Source of the DNA: Proteromonas lacertae
Taxonomy: Eukaryota
NCBI GenBank assembly: GCA_002245135.1
Contig: NGBS01000057.1
Location: 1 to 41,423, forward strand
Direction: 5' to 3'
Length of the DNA: 41,423 bases
Shown here piece by piece: positions 13,107-24,645 of the stretch. Position 1 is the first letter of the stretch. Each line of letters starts with the position of its first letter. The notes beneath the pieces are model-generated. The model did no database searches, was not told the origin of the DNA, and worked only from the letters and a program-made list of their open reading frames with translations. The position numbers and the translations under genes are program-made.

Positions 13107-14138
13107 ATGAAAAATGTATGTAAATATTATAAATATATATTAAATTTTACTATACTTACAATTATTTTTACAATTGTTATATTTAATAATTCGATTAATT
13201 ATTTATTTACAAAGAAAAATGACTATCTAAATGAAAGAATTTTAAAAACAATAAAGTGCTTTAAAACAGTTGAATGTAAACAGAAGTGCTTAAAAATGAA
13301 AAACACAAGAACAATTCAAATGAATTATTCAAATAATGATTATCCTCATCCATTTCCTTATTACTATTATTTTATACATTATTCAGTATGTAATAAAAAC
13401 ACATATATATTTATATATATTGTATCTGCATGTATACAATATGAGGAAAGAATGTCTGTAAGATTAACATGGGGGAAAAAGAAAAATTATGTTACATTAA
13501 AATATATAATAGGAATAAGTAGTGAATGTACAAAAGCATATAATTATGAAAATAGTTTATATGGTGATATTCTTCAGATTAACATATATGAATCTTTTGC
13601 AAATGAAACTTTGTTCAGTCTTTATATAATGAAATATCTAAATATAATATGTCCATATGCTCTATTTTTTGCTAAATTTGATGTTGATACATTTGTAGAT
13701 TTTAAGAAATTGTTGAATTTTATTGAACCATATGAGAATAAGAGTAATCAATTTTGGGGAGCTGAAGTTCAGACATGGAAAAAAGTAAATGATAATCAAC
13801 GATTCAAATACAGCTCACCTATAAACGTAGCAAAATTTTATAACCACATATTTCCTCAAAATGGAATAAAAGTATATTCTGGATTTGTAACAATTTTTTC
13901 ACCAGATTTGCCTATGATAATATTCAATTATTCGTTAAATTATCCAATTTTAATGAGAATTGATGATCAATATATTTCATGGATTTTATATAAACTGAAT
14001 ATCCATATAAAAGGTGTTTCTAGCTATGCAATACTACCTACTAGATGTACTATATTTAAAAATGTGCTAATAATTCATAGAATCACATCAATTGATATGA
14101 TTTCTTATTCACTTTTTTATAGTAATTATACTTTATAG
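13107..14138 (+). CDS. Galactosyltransferase (GT31-like)
   Basis: R..VR.TWG, ENSLYGDIL, FFAKFDVDTFV, IDDQYI; intronless. Confidence 0.8.
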   Translation: MKNVCKYYKYILNFTILTIIFTIVIFNNSINYLFTKKNDYLNERILKTIKCFKTVECKQKCLKMKNTRTIQMNYSNNDYPHPFPYYYYFIHYSVCNKNTYIFIYIVSACIQYEERMSVRLTWGKKKNYVTLKYIIGISSECTKAYNYENSLYGDILQINIYESFANETLFSLYIMKYLNIICPYALFFAKFDVDTFVDFKKLLNFIEPYENKSNQFWGAEVQTWKKVNDNQRFKYSSPINVAKFYNHIFPQNGIKVYSGFVTIFSPDLPMIIFNYSLNYPILMRIDDQYISWILYKLNIHIKGVSSYAILPTRCTIFKNVLIIHRITSIDMISYSLFYSNYTL

Positions 14139-15309
14139 TAACATTTATTTATTCCTTATTTTTTATTTTATTCTTCTTGTAATAATTGCAAATGAAATAA
14201 AGTATTATAGTATTTCTATATTTAGAAATAAAATTGATAATTTCTTATTTAATAGTTTTACTAAATTGAATAATATGGCTATTGTTAATTGTTCAAATAC
14301 ATTAATTATAAAATGTTTAGTTTACAGAAATACTAATATCCCTAATCTATTATTATTTATTTCAAAAATAATTTATGTAAAGACTAGAGTATCAATTCAA
14401 AAACTATACTATCCAATTGAAAATGAAATAATTAATAAAACAATTTATAAAAAATTTATATATGTAAAATCACAATTAAAAGTAATTGGATTTAAAGAAG
14501 TAACATTGTCATCAACAGGAACAGTTCATTCTCAATGCTGGAATATTTCAACAAAAGGAGGATGTATATGTTCATACATCCCGCAACTATCAACAAGAGG
14601 TTTATATAATCATTATAATAAAGTAGTATCTATAAGTCATAACTGGTGTAATGCTGTTTTCCATTCTATAATTGAATGTTTAGTTAAATTAGGATATTAT
14701 ATACAAGAATTATTATTAGATACATCTATAAAGATCCATACTATTCTATCTGCTAGTATTAAATATCTACATTTTCTTGGATTTAATAATTCAAGAATTA
14801 TTTATGGAAATGTATATGCAAAGAGATTGTTGATTCTAGAAAAAGGAAGCTGTGGTTCGTCACCACCACTTATTCATTTATATTCTATTAGATCCGAATT
14901 AAGAAAAAAAATAAATTCACAAAGAATATTTGATATTGTTATAATAAAAAGATATGGAATTAGAGAAATTATTAATCATAATGATGTTTATAATACAATT
15001 AATATGTTTTATCCAGATATGAAAATCGGATTATTCTATCCCAATACATCCTTCTACAACACTTTAAATTATTTTAAACATGCAAAGATGATAGTAAGTC
15101 CACATGGAGCAGGATTATCAAACATAATTCTCTCTGCTAGGTGTATAATAATTGAATTTCTTACAAATAATTTATGTTACTCATCTTTATCCTCAACTCT
15201 TGGATTAGATTATTACGGAATATATGAAAGAACAATACATAAGAAATTCTTTGTAAATATTACGTTTTTTTGGTTAATCCTAAATAATATTAACAAATTT
15301 ATAAAATAG
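14101..15309 (+). CDS. Glycosyltransferase family 61 (DUF563); start uncertain
   Basis: IVSPHGAGLSNII...IIEF motif. The frame is open from 14101 with a TM-like stretch but no in-frame ATG until 14275. Confidence 0.75.
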   Translation, partial: FLIHFFIVIILYSNIYLFLIFYFILLVIIANEIKYYSISIFRNKIDNFLFNSFTKLNNMAIVNCSNTLIIKCLVYRNTNIPNLLLFISKIIYVKTRVSIQKLYYPIENEIINKTIYKKFIYVKSQLKVIGFKEVTLSSTGTVHSQCWNISTKGGCICSYIPQLSTRGLYNHYNKVVSISHNWCNAVFHSIIECLVKLGYYIQELLLDTSIKIHTILSASIKYLHFLGFNNSRIIYGNVYAKRLLILEKGSCGSSPPLIHLYSIRSELRKKINSQRIFDIVIIKRYGIREIINHNDVYNTINMFYPDMKIGLFYPNTSFYNTLNYFKHAKMIVSPHGAGLSNIILSARCIIIEFLTNNLCYSSLSSTLGLDYYGIYERTIHKKFFVNITFFWLILNNINKFIK

Positions 15310-15427
15310 TAAGGTTGTTAAATGTGATTATCATATGCATCTATCATTCCTTTTTAGTGAGTTAGATAAATAAGAATTAAATCTTAGAGAAAAATTATGT
15401 AATTCTTTTACATTTAAAATATATATG

Positions 15428-16739
15428 TTATATTTCCCATCTTTTATTGTTCGTATAATATATAAAAAATTCATGATAGTATAAGACATATACTTTATTG
15501 AACTTTTTACTTCAGTTGGTAGTATTGGATTATCTAGAAATGTCTAAAATAATATAATAATTATATATACGCTCTCTCTATATATATCTTTAGCATATTT
15601 ATTTAATGCTCTAATCTTCCACAATTCAATAAATGAACAAAATTTGTGATTAACGCAATATTTACACAATCTTTTACAATGATTACATTTAAATTGTGGA
15701 AGAATGAAAAATGAATTTGTTAAATAAGCTATATTTAGACCTAATTTGAGAATATTCTCATCTTCATTCATATTATTAGTATTCGCAATAATTATTATAT
15801 ATTTGTTATTTACAGAAGAATAATATCCATTTATATCATATACAAACAAATGCATTTCTTTTTGCCTATATATTTTATTATCCATACCTGTGATCCAGTT
15901 GTTATGCATAATTATATAACTATAATCTACAGTATATAAATGTTTATACTTAATAAATCAGTGTAAAAAATCCTATTATTCTTGATATAAAATTCATCTC
16001 CACATGGAAATAATTTTATTGAAAGATATGTTGCAGTAATTGTACTATTATTTTTTAATGCATAATTCCAATGAGCTTGTTCTCCTAATTTAATTATTAA
16101 TCTATTTTTTTGAAGAATATTCATAAAATCTATCATTCTTTTATTTGACTTTGCATAGCTACAAGAAATAACAATTCATAAATTATAATACTAAAATCCT
16201 GAATTCATTATAGGGCATTTATGATCACATGATGTAACTAAGTCTGTATTATATTTGAATATATAATCTCTAGGATCCTTAAAGAAAATTAAATCAGAAT
16301 CACATAATATAACATCATATTTACTTTCTAATAATAGTTTTACATAATCAGTTTTAGAATATACAATTTTCCAATATAAAGGAGTATTGTAATCAATGTG
16401 TTGAGTAATATTTCTATTTAAATCTGCAATAAACACATTTGGCAACAAATTAAGTGATAAATGGTATCCATCATAATCCAAAGAAATGAATATTGCATTA
16501 TTAATGTTAAATTTAAATATTGATGATAAATAAAAATTAATTGTTTCTTCTATTATATTAGAAGTGAATATAATCAAAAATAAATGATTTATATTATTGA
16601 ATTGTTTGTAAAACTGTTTACTCAAAAAATAATAAGGCTGTTTACATTGATTGTATTCTTTATAAGAGTATAGTGTATATACTGCATAGCAAAGAAATAT
16701 TACATTATATAGATAATAAAATATAATATAGTTATGCAT
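15428..16739 (-). CDS. Nucleotide-diphospho-sugar transferase (GT77-like), paralog of 11714-13083
   Basis: ISLD, LCDSDLIFFKDP, MNSGFYY across intron 16159-16191 (same position as in the paralog), HNNWITG..NKIYRQKE. The 3' end is approximate. Confidence 0.8.
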
Positions 16740-17331
16740 ATATTAAGTACAGTCAAACTCTTTTATATCGAACTTTTTCTTATAAAAACTCATTTAGCAT
16801 TTACAATGTATATCAATACTTATTTAGAAATATTGTAATTAAATTAAATATATTATGTATATATAATAGTTCCATTTTGTTTAGATTCTACAACTAAATC
16901 TACTTAATTAACACATTTTTCTATCTTATTTTCTTTCTAAAGATATCAATTAACAAATACTTTTGTACTAGCTGGTAAAAGTGAAATTAATTCATCGCCT
17001 AAAAGAAATATAAAACAAAATACCTATTTCATTTAGAAATTTAGTCGTTACATTATTCATTTTTCTCTCCTTTTTCATAGAATATACTATGAATGCGAAG
17101 TTTATCTTTCATTTTGTTATATATGCACTGCAATCTATAGATTTAAAACAAAAACAAACATTACATAATTTGATTTAAAAGCTATAAATAACAGATTAAA
17201 AACCATATCATATCAAAATAAACTACACTTATTTTTCATTTATCTATAAAATTACAACCCAAAACAACAACTGCATGAGAAAAACGAAAAATTCGATATA
17301 TAAATATCGATATATACGGGTTTGACTGTAT

Positions 17332-18259
17332 ATGAAAATTTATAGTATTATATTATTAATTATTCTCTTTAATACCATTTTTATATGTTTAAATTATATT
17401 TTGTTAATTAGAAGAAATAAATATATATTAGTTGTTTATACATTATTCTTTATGACAAATAATAATACTAACAGATATGCTATTCAAAATCTAGTATTAC
17501 AAAATCTAAAACAACTAAATCAGAATAAATGTAGATTTGCAATATTTATTGATAAAAATAAAACAATCTATTATAACTATCGGAAATTATTATTTGTACA
17601 GTATAATTTATAGTATAATATAGAAATGAAGAAATATTTATGGAACTCCAATGTTTGGTCAACTATTACATAAAGTAACTATATTATTCAATTCAGAATT
17701 CTATATGTATATTAATGGAGATATATTAATATCCCCTTTATTATTAGACTTCTTTATTACATATAATTTTAAATTACATAATAATAGAATATATTTAACT
17801 TGTGATAGACATAATATATATATTAATAACTCTTACTATATTCAATCTAACAGACATGAACTTATATATATAAAAGGACAACAATACACTCGATGTGGTC
17901 AAGATGTGTTTATCACTATGAAAAACACATTTAATAAGGAACAAATGTTTATTTTAAATAATCTCGCAATAGGAAGAATTGGAATAGATAATTTAATATT
18001 AGGTATTGCTATTAATGATGAAAATATTCTCACAATCGATATTAGTGATATAATTCAAGCTGTACATATCCAATATTCTAAACCAAATGAATATACATAT
18101 ATTATAAAGAAATATGACTATAACTGGAATTATGAGATTATTAAATTATTAAATAAAAGAATAATTAAAGTAGCTTGCTTAAATAAAATAAACTGCTATT
18201 ATAATAAATATTTATCAAAATTTATAGGAAGGAAGAATTGTTTTAATTTGAATTATTAA
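17332..18259 (+). CDS. Putative glycosyltransferase (GT-A like)
   Basis: TM; a 31-nt intron at 17601-17631 gives FVQNIYGTPMFG; FYMYINGDIL, GQDVFI, GRIGIDN. Confidence 0.6.
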
Positions 18260-18343
18260 TATATATGATTATATAAAGCAAATAACAGGATATAACATTT
18301 TAAATAATAGTCAAATAACAACGCTACAATAAACCTAGTTTAA

Positions 18344-19195
18344 ATGATTTTATTATTATTTTTAATATTTTTTCTATTATTTACTTTTATAATGATTTCA
18401 AATACTTATAGAATTATAAATAATCATTGTCCAACTCATTACAAATTAATATCATCTGGATCTTCAGATAATCATTTTCATTTATTATTATTATTTCTAT
18501 ATAGATTATATACAGTAGAAGATAAAATATGTATTGTTATATGGAACTTAGGATTATCATATACTAATAGACTCCAATTAAATAATGCAAAGAAATATAT
18601 TGAAAAGGATAGTATTTTTGTTGATGTAATTACATTTAATTATACAAATTATCCTACTCACTTCAATATCAACATAAACGCAGGATACTATTCATGGAAG
18701 CCGTTTGTAATATGGGAAACTTATATAAGATATAAAAGAACAATGCTTTGGTTAGATTGCGGTTGTTATATTCATTATAAATTAGATTATGAATTTCAAG
18801 AAATTATCAAAAATCAGATATATACTATTAATGCTACTTGTAAAATCAAACGTTGTACACATTATGGATTACTTCAACTTTTTAATGTAAATGAGAGCTT
18901 GTATAACAAAGTAATGTGTGCAGCAGGAATATTAGGTATAGCTTATTATTCTGAAAGAGTTAATTATATTTTCAATATTTGGAAAGCTTGTGCATTAATA
19001 AAAAATTGTATTTCACCTCCAGGATCTCGTAAAGGAAATCATCTACAAGATCAAAGTGTACTGTCAATAATACTATATCAAAATAATATAAATTTTAATA
19101 ATTTTAAAAGAAAAGGATTTTCAACACATTTTGATAAAATCTATAAATTCTATAACGATTCATCATTTAATGATTTTTTAAAAGTAATAAAATAA
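18344..19195 (+). CDS. DUF1647-like putative glycosyltransferase
   Basis: SSDNHF, WNLGL, YSWKP, WLDCG, NHLQDQSVLSI. Confidence 0.7.
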   Translation: MILLLFLIFFLLFTFIMISNTYRIINNHCPTHYKLISSGSSDNHFHLLLLFLYRLYTVEDKICIVIWNLGLSYTNRLQLNNAKKYIEKDSIFVDVITFNYTNYPTHFNININAGYYSWKPFVIWETYIRYKRTMLWLDCGCYIHYKLDYEFQEIIKNQIYTINATCKIKRCTHYGLLQLFNVNESLYNKVMCAAGILGIAYYSERVNYIFNIWKACALIKNCISPPGSRKGNHLQDQSVLSIILYQNNINFNNFKRKGFSTHFDKIYKFYNDSSFNDFLKVIK

Positions 19196-20220
19196 TGCAT
19201 TATTTTATAGACAGTTATTATTTATACTTCTTTATAATTATATTTATATTATCATTTAACTTATTCACTAACATTTATGAGAAAACAGATTTATCCTACC
19301 AAAATTACTTTATGAATGAATTATCTGCAATTAATGCTTGTTGCGCAGATACTGCACCAATTTCATGTAGCAGAAAATATACATTCTCTAACAATAATAT
19401 AAAAAAAATTGGGCCAAATGCAAATAAAAAGAAATATTATAGATTCTATTCAGCTAAATATGTTAATTCTTTTTCAAGTAGAAAATCAAAAATACTAATA
19501 GCATTACACTCGCATATATCTTTATTCTACCATAGATACGTTTTTAGAAATATTTATAAACCTTACAAAAATATACAATTATTATTTTTCATTGGTTTGA
19601 ATATTAATGAAACATATAATTTTGAGTTATACAAGGAAATGAAGAAATACAAAGATATAGTCTTATTTAACTTTTTTTGTAATTATTATAGACTCTGTCT
19701 TTTAACATACAATTTTCTTATGTGGGTAAAGGAATATCAGAGTTATTATGATGTTATAATAAAACATGACACAGATACATTTTTAAATCTATTGTTAGTA
19801 GAATCAGTAATAAATAGGATAATTGAATCAAATATATCGTTTGTACTTGGTAAAATATGGCATTTACATTCAAAGAATAAAATGTATCCTAGTGGAATGT
19901 CATACATTTTTTTATCTAGATCTATTGATAAACTTATTAATAATGTAGATAAAATTATATATAATATGAAATGTAGTTTTGAAGAAGATATGTTGTTTGG
20001 GCTTTTATCAAGGATGGCAAATTTTACTTTTCTTGATACATATGAATCATTTAAGTTTAAGTCTTATATACACATACCAAAGTTCAATTTTAATATAAAA
20101 ACTACTTTCATGATTCATACTCTCAGAATAGCAGAAATAGCTTTTTTGAATTACTTACTAAATAATAAATTTAGCTGCAAAACCTGTTATCTAAATAAAA
20201 CTTGTAATTTACATAATTAA
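19195..20220 (+). CDS. Galactosyltransferase (GT31-like)
   Basis: EMKKYKDIV, IIKHDTDTFLN, YPSGMSYI, EEDMLFG; the start overlaps the upstream stop (TAATG). Confidence 0.8.
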   Translation: MHYFIDSYYLYFFIIIFILSFNLFTNIYEKTDLSYQNYFMNELSAINACCADTAPISCSRKYTFSNNNIKKIGPNANKKKYYRFYSAKYVNSFSSRKSKILIALHSHISLFYHRYVFRNIYKPYKNIQLLFFIGLNINETYNFELYKEMKKYKDIVLFNFFCNYYRLCLLTYNFLMWVKEYQSYYDVIIKHDTDTFLNLLLVESVINRIIESNISFVLGKIWHLHSKNKMYPSGMSYIFLSRSIDKLINNVDKIIYNMKCSFEEDMLFGLLSRMANFTFLDTYESFKFKSYIHIPKFNFNIKTTFMIHTLRIAEIAFLNYLLNNKFSCKTCYLNKTCNLHN

Positions 20221-20601
20221 TAAGTTCATTCTATGAAAAGAATTAGTGTAGAGTGTAAAATCTAAAACATCAGCTGCTCATACATCATAATATGACAAAA
20301 TGAAAATATATTCTAATATTTAATAATGAATTGTAATTCAACACATCAATACTAAAATATTATAATATAAAGTTTGAAAATATTATAAGTCTAAAAAATA
20401 TACCAAAGATATAAAACCATTATATTTTTATCTCTTTTATATCAACTTAAAAGTTTGAATATTAAATTGATATTTCTCATAAGTATTATGAATATTATAT
20501 CAACCTAACCGAAAAACACCGCTATTCAAAAACAAATAAGCAAGGTTAATAATTATCATAATATTAATATTTGAAATATATTCGTTTCATTTTATTATTT
20601 T

Positions 20602-20955
20602 TTGTATATTGTGTTCTATGGATTCAAACAATATCATAATACCATACACGTTATAGGGATAGTGGGTAAATCAAATGATCAAGACCAAAAGAAACAAAAT
20701 TTAGAAGATAAGAAAATGCGATTCAGTCAAAAAAGAAAAAGGGAAAGGGATATGATTGATAATGTGTGTAAGTACTTGTATGGAGAAGCAGAATGTACTG
20801 ATGATGAATCAGATGGCTATGATCCAGAAGATGATCCAAATGCAAGTGATGATAATGATGATATAGAATATGATGGTGAGTTCAATGATGAGGATGAAAA
20901 TGACATATGGTATGACGATTATGATATTGCTGATATTTTTGATAGTGTAATCCAC
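20602..20955 (+). other. Acidic ORF fragment of unknown function, cut off by the GC-richer relic
   Basis: Basic patch followed by a D/E-rich tract; no clear ATG start; runs into the relic terminus. Confidence 0.3.
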
Positions 20956-21870
20956 ACCATAGTCCCATTTACGTGAGGCTCTTACGTAACGATCTCTTAC
21001 AAGATGATTTAAGAGCCTCTCTATTCTATGGGGTCTCTACGATTGTGATTCATTATCCAATATTAAGGGTATTTTGGCCTTATTGTAGCTTTCATTTTCC
21101 TAGTGATCTTGATTTCAACAACTCAATACTCTTTTGATCTTATGAAGAGTTAGCAATCTTCCTCATCGTCTGATGATATTCCTAAGTGCAAGGGTAAGCA
21201 TCATCGTCTACAAACAGACTCTGAGATCTTTGTAAGCACTATGGACAACATTACGATCGATGGTATCTCATTGACTAAGCCTAAGAGAAGATCATCATCC
21301 ACGTTGAAAGCAAAGCAACAGAAACTCAAGGTAGTTGAACTAGATGGAATACAACAAGCGATCCGGGCTGCTTTAATGAAGAAGAGTAAGGAAGATGTCT
21401 TTACCTAGTTATCCTAAAGAGCAACACGCCTTATTTCCATCTACACCATCATTCAATGCCCAGGAGAATCTCTCTTACAATGACTACTTGGATCAGTTAA
21501 GGAAGAAGTTCAAGAACCTCGGAACCTACTTGAAAGTCATCCTCAAGGAGTACATACACTTGATGATCTTTCCCAATGAATGCTACAATGCTCTTGTCAA
21601 GATGATAACGTAGTAGGACTCCGAAGGAGTTTTCTTAATCTGCATCACTAGATCAAGATCCATTGATAAGAACAACTTCAAGAAGATAGAGCATGAGTAC
21701 TTGCTTACCCGTCGCTATCAACTCAAGATTATCTCCTAGAGAATGGATATTCTAAGATCAGCCTTAAGAACCATCCAAGAACGCCTTGAAGATATACAAC
21801 ACTTTGTCAAGGACAGCTAACATCAATTGAATATCAGTTGGATAACTTTGGAGCTTTTTGAACTTTAAAC
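20956..21870 (+). mobile_element. Truncated relic related to the hairpin-ended element, carrying a decayed ORF
   Basis: 20956-20986 matches ITR 28975-29005 at 25/31 nt; GC-richer; reading frame ~21142-21868 broken by TAG/TAA stops and one frameshift. The right boundary is approximate. Confidence 0.6.
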
Positions 21871-22517
21871 AATAAGATTAAAAATAAGTTAAAAATATAG
21901 TCAACAAAAATCAAAAATTATTAATGAATCAAAGAATAGAAATATCGTTAGCAATATTGAATCATTATTATGGAATGAATGTTCATCTACTTAATATTTA
22001 GAAATGGAAATGATAATTAATAATTCAAATTCTGATGAAAATTAGTATATAACAACAATTCATAATAAAATCAATTGTAGTTTTAATAAATACAGTTACA
22101 AAGGTATAGCTAATGGTTGTTTTTAAGATTATTTTATTTCCGATTAAAGTTAAGAATGATTATACCAGTGATATTGAAAATAATATTACATAGTACATTA
22201 ATAGATAATATTGAACGTGAAATAGTTGAAAATTATAATGTAAAAGAAATTAATAAAAAAGAAAAAAGAGTTAAAAAATAAAGTATAATAATATGCTTAC
22301 AGAAGTAAATATTTATTATATTATAAATCAATTATCTTATAATAGAAACGAAGAAATATTAATATTAGCAATTATCCTTTTTCTAATAAAGAAAAATAAA
22401 TAATTTAATGTAATTGAAAATGATATTGTAATTAAATATATTAATGATGAAATTTTAAAAGAACATAATATGGAAAAAAGAATAGATGTTCAAACATATT
22501 AAAAATATAGTTGATTG

Positions 22518-22790
22518 TTGTTGTGCGCCGTTTGTCATAGTTGGCCGTTTGTCTACCAAACGCTTTTAAAACAAAATAAATGTATATTCTTACTTGTCTT
22601 GATGAAAAATTGTTACTTTTATACTTACTTTGTTGTATGACCTATATCTGCAGTATACTTTTTTGATAATATAAATAGTTTGAATATTTGCGCCGTTTGT
22701 TTTCTAATAATTTTTGAAGCAAATTAAATGTATATTTAGCTAATATAGACTAGCTGAAATAATTAGAATATAATAATTATTAAATCTTTC
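22518..22790. mobile_element. Solo left arm of a family B fold-back element
   Basis: Near-identical to 9650-~9930. Confidence 0.8.
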
Positions 22791-23349
22791 ATACATATAT
22801 AAAGATAAATAAATCTAATCATTCTAAAGGAAATATATAAATGATTCTACACTCTAAATAAATTACAATGTATTATTTATATATTCACAAATATAATTTC
22901 ATTATAATTAATTAAAATTGCTTCTATTAAATGAAATTAATATAAATGCAAAAATGATATGTGCAATTTTTATTGATTTAATAATTACAATCATCTTTTA
23001 AAATATTAAGAAATTATATAATTCCTTAATGATGCTACGTAAAAATTATCATAACACTCATAATATTTATTATGAAATATGCAATCGATTGTGATGCTTA
23101 TTTTATGAATTATCTTCTTATATACCCCATGCTCAAAATTTAAATCTATGTTGAAAAAATTTCTCATTCAATATTTTGAAGTAGTTATATTATTAAAGCT
23201 GAAACTTATTATATTATTAATAAACATAAAGATGCACAAGTATATCTAATTAGAATTGACGAAATCCCTCTAGAAACCCCATGTTCAATCTATTGAGCAC
23301 ATGTTCAAATGTAAAATACCCATAAATAATCATACTTGATTGTGCAATT

Positions 23350-24390
23350 TTGCATATGCAAATTAAATATATAACAATTTTTCATATTAGTTTTATTATG
23401 ATTATTATATACATTTATTGTGTATATGATGGTCTTTCAATAATAATATATGTTGTATTTCCTAATAAAGGTAAAGGAGGCCCGAAATCTTTATCGTATA
23501 ACATTAATAGAGCAATAAAGTTATGGAATGAAAAAGAAAATTTAAAAAAATTAGCAATACTTATATCAGAAGAGAATATGGAATTGAATAGACTAAAAAA
23601 TCTAACTCAGAGAAGAAGAACAATTATATGGCTGCAGAGATCAAGTTATATATATTTGGCAAAGAATCCGATGTATAATAGTGTATTTGCTAAAGTTATA
23701 TATGGCCCGAATGTTACACCATTAAAATGGTTTAATTCAATAAATAATACATATGAGAAATATTGGTGTAGTATTATGAGAAATATTTTTGGATATGTAT
23801 TGCACTCTAATAGAGTAAAGAAACAAGTCATTAAAAACACTAACTGTTATTTCTATGATAGAAAGTATTACTTCCTTAAACCTTGCCTTGAATTTGATTT
23901 AGACATAAATAAGATTAATGAATTGTATAGAAGACCGATAGATTTTTTGATATACATAAAATATGCTGATATAAATAGAAAATTGGATGAATTCATTTTA
24001 GTAGAATATCTAAAACAAAAATATAAAATTAAAATTATCAAATATGGAAATCATTCTAAAGAATATTTATTATTCATAGCAAATAAATCAAAGTTTGTGA
24101 TATATTTTTCATTTTATGATACTGGAGCTCTATCATTATTGGAAATGAAATCAATGGGTACATGGCCTATTTCACATCAAATAGAATTTATTGAAAATGG
24201 ATTTGGTAGTTATGTAAAAGAATTAGATACTAATATATATAATTCTCTAAGTAAAATAGATGATATATATAAAATAAAATATAATCCTAAATATCTGGCT
24301 AAAAATGTATACAACAACTTAAACTGTGAAAAATCATTATATAACTTAATAAAATATATTAAACAATCATTTGATTTGGCTGTACAATAA
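23350..24390 (+). CDS. Putative GT-B (GT4-like) glycosyltransferase
   Basis: TM, GKGGP, YGPNVTP, FVIYFSFYDTGALSLLEMKSMG (D-x7-E motif). First ATG at 23356. Confidence 0.65.
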   Translation: MHMQIKYITIFHISFIMIIIYIYCVYDGLSIIIYVVFPNKGKGGPKSLSYNINRAIKLWNEKENLKKLAILISEENMELNRLKNLTQRRRTIIWLQRSSYIYLAKNPMYNSVFAKVIYGPNVTPLKWFNSINNTYEKYWCSIMRNIFGYVLHSNRVKKQVIKNTNCYFYDRKYYFLKPCLEFDLDINKINELYRRPIDFLIYIKYADINRKLDEFILVEYLKQKYKIKIIKYGNHSKEYLLFIANKSKFVIYFSFYDTGALSLLEMKSMGTWPISHQIEFIENGFGSYVKELDTNIYNSLSKIDDIYKIKYNPKYLAKNVYNNLNCEKSLYNLIKYIKQSFDLAVQ

Positions 24391-24645
24391 TATTTTAAAA
24401 GTAATAATACAACAAACAGCGCACATTATATTAAGAGTAATACAGATTCTTGCAATTAAATGTTTCTCTACGAATCTCAAACTCTTAATACCTCCAATGT
24501 TCTTTTAATTTTTATAAATGAAATAATTCTTTGTTGATTATGGTATATTATATTTATATAACATTTACAGACAATACGTTACGCAAATTTAAGCTAAATT
24601 AAGATTATTTCTTCAATGCGTCACCTTGGTAATAAACATAGAGTA

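Noticed and set aside
21395..21868. Alternative genetic code (TAR = Gln)
   Set aside because: Host and element genes end in TAA/TAG, and long ORFs use CAA/CAG without internal TAR; decay explains the stops better.
21900..22500. Possible decayed AT-rich ORF
   Set aside because: Stop-riddled, with no recognisable motif.
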